Positions 18,697-27,837 of a DNA stretch of 54,383 nucleotides are shown here, one piece after another (within the stretch, counting starts at the first letter, position 1; every line of letters begins with the position of its first letter). The stretch is from the NCBI GenBank assembly GCA_038740615.1, contig JAVYLQ010000002.1, positions 1 through 54,383 on the forward strand. The letters are read 5' to 3'. The notes beneath the pieces were generated by a model. That model was not told where the DNA came from. It made no database searches and worked only from the letters and a program-made list of their open reading frames with translations. A program made the translations under genes and the position numbers. Source of the stretch: Candidatus Anstonellales archaeon. GTDB taxonomy: Archaea; Micrarchaeota; Micrarchaeia; Anstonellales; J096.

Positions 18697-18717
18697 TATT
18701 ATATTATTAGTTAATTA

Positions 18718-18790
18718 AGCCCCGTCGTCTAGTGGTCCAGGACACCGGGCTTTGGACCCGGAGACCCAGGTTCGAATCCTGGCGGGGCTA
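18718..18790 (+). tRNA. tRNA-Gln (anticodon UUG)
   Basis: AGCCCCG-TC-GTCT..GGAC-A-CCGGG-CTTTGGA-CCCGG-AGAC-CCAGG-TTCGAAT-CCTGG-CGGGGCT-A. A1:U72 pair, as in archaeal tRNA-Gln. Confidence 0.88.
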
Positions 18791-18852
18791 TGCACATATT
18801 GTTTTAAAAAGCTTCTATAGATATATAATGAAAATCGATAGGTGGTGGGGTA

Positions 18853-19794
18853 ATGACTGATATTAGAAAACCTAGAAGAGGGTCTTTGGCTGTAAGACCA
18901 AGGAAGAGGGCAAAGCGCTTGATTTACAAGCTCAAACATATGAAAGTACCTGATAAATACACCTTATCTGGTTTTATTGGATACAAAGTAGGTATGGTTT
19001 CACTCAGTTTCAAGAAAACGGTTGATAAGATCGTTCAGACAGAAGTAGTAGCTGGAACTGTAATTGAGGTCCCTCCAATATTAGTGTATGGGATTAGGTA
19101 TTACTTAAGTGATGGTAAGGTTGTAGATGAGATAAGTGCTGACGAGAATATAAAGAAATTGCTAGGTATGAAAAGAACTCCTAAGTCTGTGAATATTGAT
19201 CCAAAAACCGTAAAATACGTGAGATTATTAGTTTTATCAGATCCTACTGCTACTGGAGGAGTGGAGGTAAATCATATATTCAGAGCAGAGTTGGATATTG
19301 TAATGCCCAGAGATTCTGTAGAAGAACAGATAAAACTAGCTAGAAATTATTTGGGAAAGAGTGTGAGATTTGCAGATGTATTTAAAGTAGGAGATATGGT
19401 TAATGTTGGAGCTGTAACCAAAGGTAAAGGTTGGCAAGGTGAGATCAAAAGATTTGGAGTTGCTAAACAGAGGAGAAAAGCTACTGGAAAAGTTAGACAT
19501 GTTGGTACTCTAGGTCCTTGGCATCCTCATTACGTGATGTATTATGTTCCAAGAGCAGGTCAGACAGGTTTTCATAACAGATTAGAATTGAACAAAACTA
19601 TTATGGTAATTTCCTCTTCTGATCTGAATATAAAATTTGATCACTACGGATTTGTAAAATCTGATTATGTAATAGTTAAGGGCAGTGTTCCTGGAACTGT
19701 TAAGAGACCTGTGATGTTAGGAATATCTAGACGGGGAATGTCAGAGGGAGCTGGGGTTAAAGAGGAACTCAAAGATATTAAGGTGATACTATGA
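18853..19794 (+). CDS. rpl3: 50S ribosomal protein L3 (uL3)
   Basis: RKPRRGSLAVRPRKRA N-terminus and TKGKGWQGEIKRFG motif. GGTGGTGGGG Shine-Dalgarno. Confidence 0.92.
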   Translation: MTDIRKPRRGSLAVRPRKRAKRLIYKLKHMKVPDKYTLSGFIGYKVGMVSLSFKKTVDKIVQTEVVAGTVIEVPPILVYGIRYYLSDGKVVDEISADENIKKLLGMKRTPKSVNIDPKTVKYVRLLVLSDPTATGGVEVNHIFRAELDIVMPRDSVEEQIKLARNYLGKSVRFADVFKVGDMVNVGAVTKGKGWQGEIKRFGVAKQRRKATGKVRHVGTLGPWHPHYVMYYVPRAGQTGFHNRLELNKTIMVISSSDLNIKFDHYGFVKSDYVIVKGSVPGTVKRPVMLGISRRGMSEGAGVKEELKDIKVIL

Positions 19795-20516
19795 AAATTG
19801 AGATTCTGAACCTTGATGGACAAGTTGTTGATTATCTGGATCTACCAGAACTTAGATATATAAGATCCGATCTTATTAGAAGAGCAGTACTCAGTGAAGA
19901 GAGCTATATGTATCAGCCTAAAGGTAATTATAGATGGGCGGGTATGGATACTTCAGCTAGGTTTGTAGGTAGAGAAGGTATATATGGTTCTTTGAAAGAT
20001 CAAGGTCAGGCTAGATTACCCAGAGAACTTTTAGGTGGAGGTAGATATGGTAGGGTTAGAATAGTTCCTCAGTCAGTTAAAGGACGAAGAGCCCACCCTC
20101 CAAAACCTGAGAAAATATTGATAGAAAAGATAAACAACAAGGAGAAGAAACTGGCTATGTTGAATGCAATAATTGGGGCTAAGCTGTTTGTTGTTAGAGA
20201 TTTGGATAGTGTGAGTAAAGTTAAAGATGGGAAAAGAGTTATAGAGAAACTCATAGGGGAAATAGATGCGGACAGAAAGAGGATAACTGGAGTTAGAAGA
20301 AAGAGAAAAACCAGAGCATACAAGGTACCGGTAAGAGTGACTGTTGTTACTGAAAACAATACCAAAGGTTTTAATAACATTCCTGGCGTTAGATGTAAAA
20401 CTGTGAAAAATCTTATGGTTAGAGATATTGCCCCTGGTGGAGAGATAAAGAATAGGAAACTTATAATATCTGAGAATGCTATGAGAGAGCTGCTATCTAA
20501 ACTAATTGATATTTAG
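19791..20516 (+). CDS. rpl4: 50S ribosomal protein L4 (uL4)
   Basis: Position after L3, and RFVGREGIYGSLKDQGQARLPRE...GRRAHPPK is typical archaeal uL4. Confidence 0.9.
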   Translation: MKIEILNLDGQVVDYLDLPELRYIRSDLIRRAVLSEESYMYQPKGNYRWAGMDTSARFVGREGIYGSLKDQGQARLPRELLGGGRYGRVRIVPQSVKGRRAHPPKPEKILIEKINNKEKKLAMLNAIIGAKLFVVRDLDSVSKVKDGKRVIEKLIGEIDADRKRITGVRRKRKTRAYKVPVRVTVVTENNTKGFNNIPGVRCKTVKNLMVRDIAPGGEIKNRKLIISENAMRELLSKLIDI

Positions 20517-20524
20517 GTGATACT

Positions 20525-20767
20525 ATGATAATTGCTATTCTAAGAACTGAGAAAGCTATGAATGATTTAATGAATAATAAATTGTATTTCATCGTAGATC
20601 TTAAGGCTACAAAGCCTCAGATCAGAGAGTTTGTCGAGAAGAACTTCAATGTAAAAGTAGAATCTGTGAGAACTCATATAAATATGAGAGGTGAGAAAAT
20701 AGCAATAGTGAAGTTAGCAAAGGATTATAATGCTAATGAAATATTGGATAAAATCACTATTGGGTGA
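20525..20767 (+). CDS. rpl23: 50S ribosomal protein L23 (uL23)
   Basis: TEKAMNDLMNNKLYFIVDLKATKPQIREFVEKNFNVKV is typical uL23. Confidence 0.9.
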   Translation: MIIAILRTEKAMNDLMNNKLYFIVDLKATKPQIREFVEKNFNVKVESVRTHINMRGEKIAIVKLAKDYNANEILDKITIG

Positions 20768-20772
20768 GTTGT

Positions 20773-21483
20773 ATGGGTAAGAGATTAAAACAGCAGGTTA
20801 GAGGTAAGGGAACTGGAAGATACAGAGTTCCGGATACAATCACAAAATATAAAGTAGAACTACCTAAATCAGAGAAGGCTTATATAGGAAAGGTGGTAGA
20901 CATCATAGATGATCCAGTTAGAACCGCTGTGATCGCAAAGATAGAATACGAAGGAGGAATATTCTATGTGCCTGCAGCAGAAGGTATATATGTAGGTAGG
21001 GAAATAGAGATAAACGGTCAAACTCCAAAGTTAGGTAATATACTTAAGTTAGAGAACATTCCAGACGGATACTATATTTATATGATTGAGAGAAGAAAGT
21101 TAGATGGAGGGAAGTACATAAGATCTGCTGGAGGATATGCAATAGTCCTATCTAGAGATGAGAAAGGTGTTTATGTAAAGATGCCTAGTAGGAAAGTTAT
21201 ATTGTTCCCCAAGGATGCTAGGGCAATTGTAGGAGTAGTGTCTGGAGGGGGATACCTAGACAAACCATTGGTTAAAGCTGGAAATGCATATTACAGATTT
21301 AGGAAATTGCATAGAATATGGCCTAGAAATAGAGGAGTTAAGATGTCTCCTTATGACCATCCTCATGGAGGTAAGCAACACCACGAGGGTAAAGCAACCA
21401 CTGTATCAAGAAATGCCGCTCCTGGACAGAAAGTAGGTCATATAGCTGCTAGATCTACTGGTAGGAAGAAGTCTAAATCATGA
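20773..21483 (+). CDS. rpl2: 50S ribosomal protein L2 (uL2)
   Basis: MGKRLKQQVRGKG N-terminus and SPYDHPHGGKQHHEG motif. GGGTGA lies before ATG 20773; the track start 20764 is an alternative codon. Confidence 0.92.
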   Translation: MGKRLKQQVRGKGTGRYRVPDTITKYKVELPKSEKAYIGKVVDIIDDPVRTAVIAKIEYEGGIFYVPAAEGIYVGREIEINGQTPKLGNILKLENIPDGYYIYMIERRKLDGGKYIRSAGGYAIVLSRDEKGVYVKMPSRKVILFPKDARAIVGVVSGGGYLDKPLVKAGNAYYRFRKLHRIWPRNRGVKMSPYDHPHGGKQHHEGKATTVSRNAAPGQKVGHIAARSTGRKKSKS

Positions 21484-21498
21484 TACTGAGGTGAGAAT

Positions 21499-21918
21499 AT
21501 GTATAGTTATCAACCTAATCTTAGAAAAGGATATTCTGAAGATGAGTTGAAAAAACTCGATATAGAATCCACTATGAAATTGGTTAAGAGTAGAGCTAGA
21601 AGAGCTATAAAGAGAGCTCTGGAAGGGAAATCTATAGAATTTAGAAAATTAATTCTTAAAGTTAGAAAACTTAAGGAGAAAAACTCTAAGAAATTGCAAG
21701 AGGGAATTAAGACTCATTGTAGAGAGGCAGTCATTTTGCCAGAATGGATAGGTCTGAAATTCTTAGTTTATAATGGTAAGGAATGGAAACCTGTAGAGAT
21801 TACAATGGAAAAAGTAGGACATAGATTGGGAGAATTTGCATTTACAACTAAATTTGAGAAACACGCTGGTCCAGGTATTGGAGCTACTAGAGGTAGTAAG
21901 TTTATAGCTATGAAGTGA
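21499..21918 (+). CDS. rps19: 30S ribosomal protein S19 (uS19)
   Basis: VYNGKEWKPVEIT..VGHRLGEFAFTTKF..HAGPGIGAT is typical uS19. Confidence 0.92.
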   Translation: MYSYQPNLRKGYSEDELKKLDIESTMKLVKSRARRAIKRALEGKSIEFRKLILKVRKLKEKNSKKLQEGIKTHCREAVILPEWIGLKFLVYNGKEWKPVEITMEKVGHRLGEFAFTTKFEKHAGPGIGATRGSKFIAMK

Positions 21919-22352
21919 TGCTTATGAAAATCGCAAGAGCATCTATTGAAGGTGTAGATGCATCATACAAGGATTTAGTGGAAATAGCAAATTTTATTAG
22001 ATACAAAACATTAGTTCAGGCTAGAGAGTTACTTGAACAGGTAATAAGAGGAGAGAGATATGTTCCATATCGTAGGTACAATAAGAAAATGGGGCATAGG
22101 AAACACGGGGAAAAGGGGAGGTACCCAAAGAAAGAGGCTAAGATAATGCTGAAGCTTCTGAACTCATGTGCTGCAAATGCTAGACAGGCTGGAATGGATG
22201 AGAACAATCTTAAGATCATACATGTAGCTGCTAATAAGAAAGCAATTTATTACAGAATTCAACCTAAAGGTAAACCTTTCAGACAGAGATATGTTTTGTC
22301 ACGAGCTGAGATTATATTGGGTGAGATAGATGCTAAAGGAGCAAAGGATTAA
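21915..22352 (+). CDS. rpl22: 50S ribosomal protein L22 (uL22)
   Basis: Position between S19 and S3, and VPYRRYNKKMGHRK motif. The true start may be ATG 21918 or 21924. Confidence 0.88.
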   Translation: MMLMKIARASIEGVDASYKDLVEIANFIRYKTLVQARELLEQVIRGERYVPYRRYNKKMGHRKHGEKGRYPKKEAKIMLKLLNSCAANARQAGMDENNLKIIHVAANKKAIYYRIQPKGKPFRQRYVLSRAEIILGEIDAKGAKD

Positions 22353-22998
22353 ATTCATCAATAACAGGATCTCGGAGATAATTATTGCAGAGGAACTCAA
22401 ACGCATGCTAAAGAATATAGGTGTAGTAGTTATCAATCTTAGAATTCAGAAGCTACCTATGGAAACCAAGATAAGCTTAGAATACTTCCCTATGAGTAAG
22501 GAATATGCTAACAGAAATGATCTGATTCAGAAAATCAGAGAGTTTGTAATTAATACATTCAGAATTCAGAGTATAAACGTAGAAGTTAGTAGAACCAGAA
22601 ATTATATCATGGAACCTGCTGTAATAGCTACTTTTATAGAGGAAGCTTTACAAACAAACAAACCAATCAGAAATATAATATATCGATATCTCTACAAAAT
22701 CAAAGAAGCAGGAGCTATAGGAGGGGAGATATACGTTAAAGGTAAGTTAGGTGCTAGAGGAGCTAAGGCAAGAAAGATTAAAGCCTCTTTTGGGTTTATT
22801 CCTAAGGCAGGAGATTTGAGAAAATATGTTAAAATGATAAATTATCAAGCAGTAACCAAAGCAGGAGTGGTAGGAGTGGAGGTTATGATAACTCCTCCAG
22901 AAGTGGAGCCATATTTGAAACCTCAGCAAAAAGAGAAAGTCAAGAGAGAGATAGAGATCAAGCCAGATGAGGATATCGATGAATCATCTGAAGAATAG
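22330..22998 (+). CDS. rps3: 30S ribosomal protein S3 (uS3)
   Basis: KH-domain N-terminus, GAIGGEIYVKGKLGARGAKARKIK motif and an acidic C-terminal tail. Confidence 0.9.
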   Translation: MLKEQRIKFINNRISEIIIAEELKRMLKNIGVVVINLRIQKLPMETKISLEYFPMSKEYANRNDLIQKIREFVINTFRIQSINVEVSRTRNYIMEPAVIATFIEEALQTNKPIRNIIYRYLYKIKEAGAIGGEIYVKGKLGARGAKARKIKASFGFIPKAGDLRKYVKMINYQAVTKAGVVGVEVMITPPEVEPYLKPQQKEKVKREIEIKPDEDIDESSEE

Positions 22999-23032
22999 AT
23001 TTTTAAAATGTTTTTCCTATAAATAAATCAAT

Positions 23033-23200
23033 ATGAAACCTAAAGAACTAAGAGAGATGAGTAATGATGAATTGCTCGCTTTGGAGAGAAATCTGCGATT
23101 GTTACTTCTTAAAACAGATAAGATTAAGAGAAGGCCAATACGAAGAGAGATCGCTAGAGTTCTAACCATTCTAGGTGAAAGGGGAATAAAAATTGGCTAG
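23033..23200 (+). CDS. rpl29: 50S ribosomal protein L29 (uL29)
   Basis: Not in the ORF track (55 aa): MKPKELREMSNDELLALERNLRLLLLKTDKIKRRPIRREIARVLTILGERGIKIG. Canonical position after S3. Confidence 0.88.
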   Translation: MKPKELREMSNDELLALERNLRLLLLKTDKIKRRPIRREIARVLTILGERGIKIG

Positions 23201-23489
23201 GATCAATATCCCTGGATTTGATGATGAGATTGATTTTGAGAAAGAGGATATCTCAGTAAGAATTAAAATATACACAGAAACTTCAAAATTCAACAAATTA
23301 GTTACTGTAATTGCTGGAGTGGGTAAGAAAAACTTAGAGGAAGTAGCAAAGTTTCTGAAGAAAAAATTGGCATGTGGTGGTACTATCAGAGATGATGGGG
23401 CAATAGTGTTGCAGGGAGATCATAAAAAGAGAGTACCTGGATTGCTGAAAGAATTTGGTTACAAAGAGGAACAGTTTGAATTATTGTAA
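23193..23489 (+). CDS. sui1: translation initiation factor SUI1 (aIF1)
   Basis: VTVIAGVG...KKLACGGTIRDDGAIVLQGDHKKRVPGLLKEFGY is typical SUI1. TTG start overlaps the L29 3' end. Confidence 0.85.
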   Translation: MARINIPGFDDEIDFEKEDISVRIKIYTETSKFNKLVTVIAGVGKKNLEEVAKFLKKKLACGGTIRDDGAIVLQGDHKKRVPGLLKEFGYKEEQFELL

Positions 23490-25304
23490 CTTATAAACAT
23501 ACAAAGATCCGTTCTGATAAATAAGTTTGTAATTACTATCTATTTTAATTCTCTCATAGTTCCTATAATCAATTATGTAAACTCTAAATGTTTTGATATA
23601 GAATTCTCTTATAGCAGGGTCTAACCAACCATCTGCGGTTATATACAAAATTCTATTTGCATCTAATTCAGATTTACATTCTAAACAGATCAGGGGATCT
23701 CTTATGTATTGTCTGTATTCGTATCTAGATAAGTGTTTTATATTGGGTATTGTCGAACTGAATTCTGATGCGAAGAATCTGTTCAGATCAATAACTATGT
23801 ATTTTACTCTGTATTTGTTCAATAACTCCTGTGCTAGACTGCGATTTGATGAATATAAAATAATAGCAGCATCTAAATCTCTATTTGAGAAATTAAGAAA
23901 TGGTAAGTGGAATGATTGAGCCCATCTAGTTGCTACAACATTGTTTCCTGTGTATGCATTTAGAGCAAAAGCAATAGGTTTATTACTGAGTATTACACCT
24001 GGATCCTCAGATATTATCCTAATCGCTTCTGCGTATTCTGGAAAGAGATCTGTTAGGGTTAGGCTGTATTTCTTCAAATTTGTAAAGCTGCTTGTATAAG
24101 ATTCATATGTAAGATGGAGCTGTGCTAAGATGAACAACACTAATAACATACCATATTCGGATTTTCTGTATGGTATTGACAGTAAAATTAGGGGAGTTAA
24201 TACGAGTGAAGTTGTGTATGTAGGTACAGTATTGAATAGGAACAGATCTAGAATGGGTGATATTAATATTAGAACGGATGTGAGGATTATGTAATGATCA
24301 AATTCGTACAATTTCCTATCCTTGTATAAGCTATATAAATACGCCAAGATAACCCATATCTTCGACATCATCGATTCCGGAATGTATTTTGTGTATAGGA
24401 ACAACATGCCCTCAGAATTGGAATATACTGGAAAATCCAATCTGTTTCTAGGAAAGTATTCGTTGAACATATCTAGTCTGTATATCATATACAAACCTAG
24501 AGGTAATAAGAATAGGATTGGTATTACATCTTTGAATATATTATTTAATTTCTCCTGATCCATTAATCTACGGATGATATCGTATGAAATAAATATCAAT
24601 ACATATAGTAATAGTAGAAAGTGGGATATTGTTGATAGTAGAATGGCTAAAGCGTAATTACGTTTTAATATCAAATACAATACTATTGGACTAACAATAG
24701 ATATGGTGAAGTCAGTATATTTTAATATTACTGGGGTTAGAGATGATGCAACTATAAATACTAACATAGCCACTCCGTAAGATCCTCCTAATCTCAAACT
24801 GATGTAGTACCATATGATAGTTGAATATATTAAAATAGAAGATAGCAATTTCATAGCTGAAATGCCATCGATATTCATCAATCTCATTGTGATTACAACT
24901 AACCAAGAGTAGAGTGGGTTATAGGAGAACAATTTTCCCTCGTAATATTGGTTTCCAAAAATATCTAGAGTCCTGTTTACATAATTTATCTGCCCCAACT
25001 GAGCATAGTAATCCCCACCGAATACTGGTGAGGGGAGCTCCTTGAAAGATAGGAGAAATTGATATGAACTAGAGGAAAGAATAGAAGCTATTACAAATAC
25101 AATCCCTGTAAATAATCCTGGGATAAGATTGGATGACTTATAAGAATATATTCCAAGAATAACAATTGAGATAATGATACTTGGATTCAAATACAATATA
25201 TCATAAATATTGGTTGGATTGAGGTATAATAAACCTAACGTATTGATGATTATAGATATTACTCCAATCTTCTCCAGATCTGTCCATCGAAGTATTCTAT
25301 CCAT
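23481..25304 (-). CDS. large polytopic membrane protein with C-terminal soluble domain (GT-C-like architecture, family unassigned)
   Basis: 607 aa: roughly 12 predicted TM helices followed by a domain of about 180 aa. No WWDxG (AglB) motif seen. Overlaps the upstream transglutaminase-like gene by 46 nt. Confidence 0.55.
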   Translation of the reverse strand: MDRILRWTDLEKIGVISIIINTLGLLYLNPTNIYDILYLNPSIIISIVILGIYSYKSSNLIPGLFTGIVFVIASILSSSSYQFLLSFKELPSPVFGGDYYAQLGQINYVNRTLDIFGNQYYEGKLFSYNPLYSWLVVITMRLMNIDGISAMKLLSSILIYSTIIWYYISLRLGGSYGVAMLVFIVASSLTPVILKYTDFTISIVSPIVLYLILKRNYALAILLSTISHFLLLLYVLIFISYDIIRRLMDQEKLNNIFKDVIPILFLLPLGLYMIYRLDMFNEYFPRNRLDFPVYSNSEGMLFLYTKYIPESMMSKIWVILAYLYSLYKDRKLYEFDHYIILTSVLILISPILDLFLFNTVPTYTTSLVLTPLILLSIPYRKSEYGMLLVLFILAQLHLTYESYTSSFTNLKKYSLTLTDLFPEYAEAIRIISEDPGVILSNKPIAFALNAYTGNNVVATRWAQSFHLPFLNFSNRDLDAAIILYSSNRSLAQELLNKYRVKYIVIDLNRFFASEFSSTIPNIKHLSRYEYRQYIRDPLICLECKSELDANRILYITADGWLDPAIREFYIKTFRVYIIDYRNYERIKIDSNYKLIYQNGSLYVYKLQ

Positions 25305-26275
25305 TTCTGATGGATCACCATTAATATACGATTGGGTTCTTTAGCACATGTTGGTGAATCACACACTATGTATTTTCCACCTAGATCACCAAGAGTTATT
25401 CCTGTAAGAGGATCTATCACATATCCCCAGGTGAGATTCTGATACGATTGGACTGGGATAGATGATATTGCAACACCACAATGTCCTGATTTTTCTGTAT
25501 TAAAACATACCACTACAAAATCATACTCACTAACTTTTGCAAATAGCTGAGGGGTATATCCTCTTAAAATCACATCTCGATATACTATATAATTATAATA
25601 TGGGGTATCTAGAATGCTCACTGGTCTTGTTCCCTCTAGATACATATTTGGATTCAGTGATCGCAATAATTCTCTCAACATCAATGCATGCTGTTTACAA
25701 TCTCCATATCCTTGCTCAATAAATTTTTTCAAGGTATGAAACTCTGATATCCTATTATTATAACCGTATTCCATTCTGGTAACATAGACTGCACATGGTA
25801 TCTTTAGATTAAAGCCGTCACTACATTCTCTCAGAATTTTAGATCTAAGATAGGGGTCAGGATATTCTGAGTTCTCTCTAAACCATTGTGTGAGATTTTT
25901 AAATATTAACCACTCTTCCTGCTTACTGTGATTTGCTATGATTTCATCTATCATCTTCAGAGTAGAATTCATCTGCAAGCTCAAGTTGTTATATTTTTGA
26001 AGTAGCTCCTGATATTCCATTTCCAATTTCTCCTTCTCATTACTTAACTCTGAATACTGATTAGAGAGGTTTTTAATTATCTCTGATGCTATAATATTTT
26101 GAGATTTTTCCTGTGCTAATTTATCATGAAGTGAATTTATAGTTATGTAAAGTTCTGTTATTGTAGTATTATATTCCTCTCTGATTGAGTTGATAGTTGT
26201 TAAGTGTAAATAAACAACAGATATAATCGCAGATATCAATATTGCTATGATTAAGTATATTGACTGATAGTTCAT
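25259..26275 (-). CDS. membrane-anchored coiled-coil protein with transglutaminase-like (Cys-His-Asp) domain
   Basis: N-terminal TM, a coiled coil of about 100 aa, then GYGDCKQHA ... SGHCGVAI ... YVIDP. The spacing resembles the transglutaminase/cysteine-protease core. Confidence 0.5.
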   Translation of the reverse strand: MNYQSIYLIIAILISAIISVVYLHLTTINSIREEYNTTITELYITINSLHDKLAQEKSQNIIASEIIKNLSNQYSELSNEKEKLEMEYQELLQKYNNLSLQMNSTLKMIDEIIANHSKQEEWLIFKNLTQWFRENSEYPDPYLRSKILRECSDGFNLKIPCAVYVTRMEYGYNNRISEFHTLKKFIEQGYGDCKQHALMLRELLRSLNPNMYLEGTRPVSILDTPYYNYIVYRDVILRGYTPQLFAKVSEYDFVVVCFNTEKSGHCGVAISSIPVQSYQNLTWGYVIDPLTGITLGDLGGKYIVCDSPTCAKEPNRILMVIHQKWIEYFDGQIWRRLE

Positions 26276-26309
26276 GTATTTATAATAAAAACATTTTTAT
26301 AAAATATCC

Positions 26310-27491
26310 ATGGATCTTATCGTTGATCTTCATATACATGGTAAATATTCTAGAGCTACCTCATCTAAGCTTGAACCATATATTCTAGCTAGAACAGCAG
26401 AGCGTAAAGGTATAAATGTGCTTGGAACCGGTGATTTCACCCATCCTAAGTGGTTGGAGATGTTCACAGGTTTGGAGCAAGAAGATGGTCTGTTAACCAT
26501 GGGGGATATTAAATTTATGCTAAGTGTAGAGGTGAATAATGTTTTTGAATATAATTCTAGAACTCTTACTATTCATAATGTTATATTAACTGATTCTATA
26601 GATTCTGCAAAACAAATTGCAGATGCTCTATCAAAATATGGTGATATTGAAGCTGATGGTAGGCCTACTCTTAATCTATCTATGCTAGAAATGATGGATC
26701 TATTAAAGAGCTTAAATCCAAAGACGGAAGTATTCGCTGCACACATATGGACTCCTTGGTTTTCTATATTGGGAGCTAGGAATGGATTGAATAGCATTTA
26801 TGAAGTTATAGATCGAAGACTATTGGCAGTAGAGACAGGTTTGAGCGCAGACCCGGAGATGACTTGGAATACTCATGCTGGCGATTTTCCAATAATATCC
26901 AACTCTGATGCACATAGTCCTGATAATCTGGGAAGAGAGGCCACTGTTATAGATGTGGAGAGGATCACATACGATGAAATTATATCATCTATAAAGAACA
27001 GAAAGATAATTAAAACATATGAATTCTATCCTCAGGAGGGTAAGTACTACTATGATGGTCATAGAAACTGTGGGATCTCTTTACATCCGGAGGAGAGCAT
27101 TCAGAATATGAATATATGTAGAAAATGTGGAAAGAGATTGACTATAGGGGTTCTTCATAGATGTATGGAATTACGAGATAGTAATCCTAGACCTAGGCAG
27201 AAGTTTATCTATATAATACCGATTAGAAAAGTGGTATCTTATGCAACCGGTTTGAATGAGAATAGCAAACGTGTAGATGATTATGTAAATAAACTGATAT
27301 CTATATATGGAAATGAACTTAGTATATATGAGAATATTACTAGAGAGGATATGGCTGAATATGGTGAAATTGGTGAGAGAATATATAGAATAATAAAAGG
27401 AGATATAGAATGGCAACCAGGCTACGATGGAGTATATGGAACTTTTAAATTGAGAGATCGAAAGGGATTATTTGAACAGCTAAAGCACTGA
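26310..27491 (+). CDS. PHP-domain endonuclease, EndoQ-like
   Basis: N-terminal DLHIHGKYSRATS...GINVLGTGDFTHPKW PHP signature plus an internal zinc ribbon CRKCGKRLTIGVLHRC. This resembles archaeal endonuclease Q. Confidence 0.65.
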   Translation: MDLIVDLHIHGKYSRATSSKLEPYILARTAERKGINVLGTGDFTHPKWLEMFTGLEQEDGLLTMGDIKFMLSVEVNNVFEYNSRTLTIHNVILTDSIDSAKQIADALSKYGDIEADGRPTLNLSMLEMMDLLKSLNPKTEVFAAHIWTPWFSILGARNGLNSIYEVIDRRLLAVETGLSADPEMTWNTHAGDFPIISNSDAHSPDNLGREATVIDVERITYDEIISSIKNRKIIKTYEFYPQEGKYYYDGHRNCGISLHPEESIQNMNICRKCGKRLTIGVLHRCMELRDSNPRPRQKFIYIIPIRKVVSYATGLNENSKRVDDYVNKLISIYGNELSIYENITREDMAEYGEIGERIYRIIKGDIEWQPGYDGVYGTFKLRDRKGLFEQLKH

Positions 27492-27837
27492 TATACATCT
27501 CTGCTGAAGTGGGGATTCTGTTTCTATAGAATCTAGAGATCAATAAAATTAAGAGTATATACAATATCGCAAATATGATTATATCTGAAATTGAATTCAG
27601 TATAATTATAGAATTGGCTAGATGGATATAATCATCATAATCAATAAACCTGTTTCTTTTCAGATACATAGAAATCTCAAATACTAGAGCTGTAATCAAA
27701 AATGTAATAACCCATATTTCATATTTACCCAATTCTAACAACAATGCCCCTGTGATCAATAGTGCCAGTATATGATTGGATTTTACATATTTAAGGTCAT
27801 AATATATTAGGATTGCAATTAGGATCAGAGCTATCAT
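27445..27837 (-). CDS. hypothetical 4-TM membrane protein
   Basis: 130-aa hydrophobic ORF with a 4-nt overlap with the upstream dUTPase gene. Its 3' end overlaps the EndoQ-like gene convergently by 47 nt. Confidence 0.45.
   Translation of the reverse strand: MIALILIAILIYYDLKYVKSNHILALLITGALLLELGKYEIWVITFLITALVFEISMYLKRNRFIDYDDYIHLANSIIILNSISDIIIFAILYILLILLISRFYRNRIPTSAEMYISALAVQIIPFDLSI

Noticed and set aside
18715-18939. Minus-strand 74-aa ORF spanning tRNA-Gln and the rpl3 start
   Set aside because: It overlaps a clear tRNA and the L3 N-terminus on the other strand, so it is spurious.
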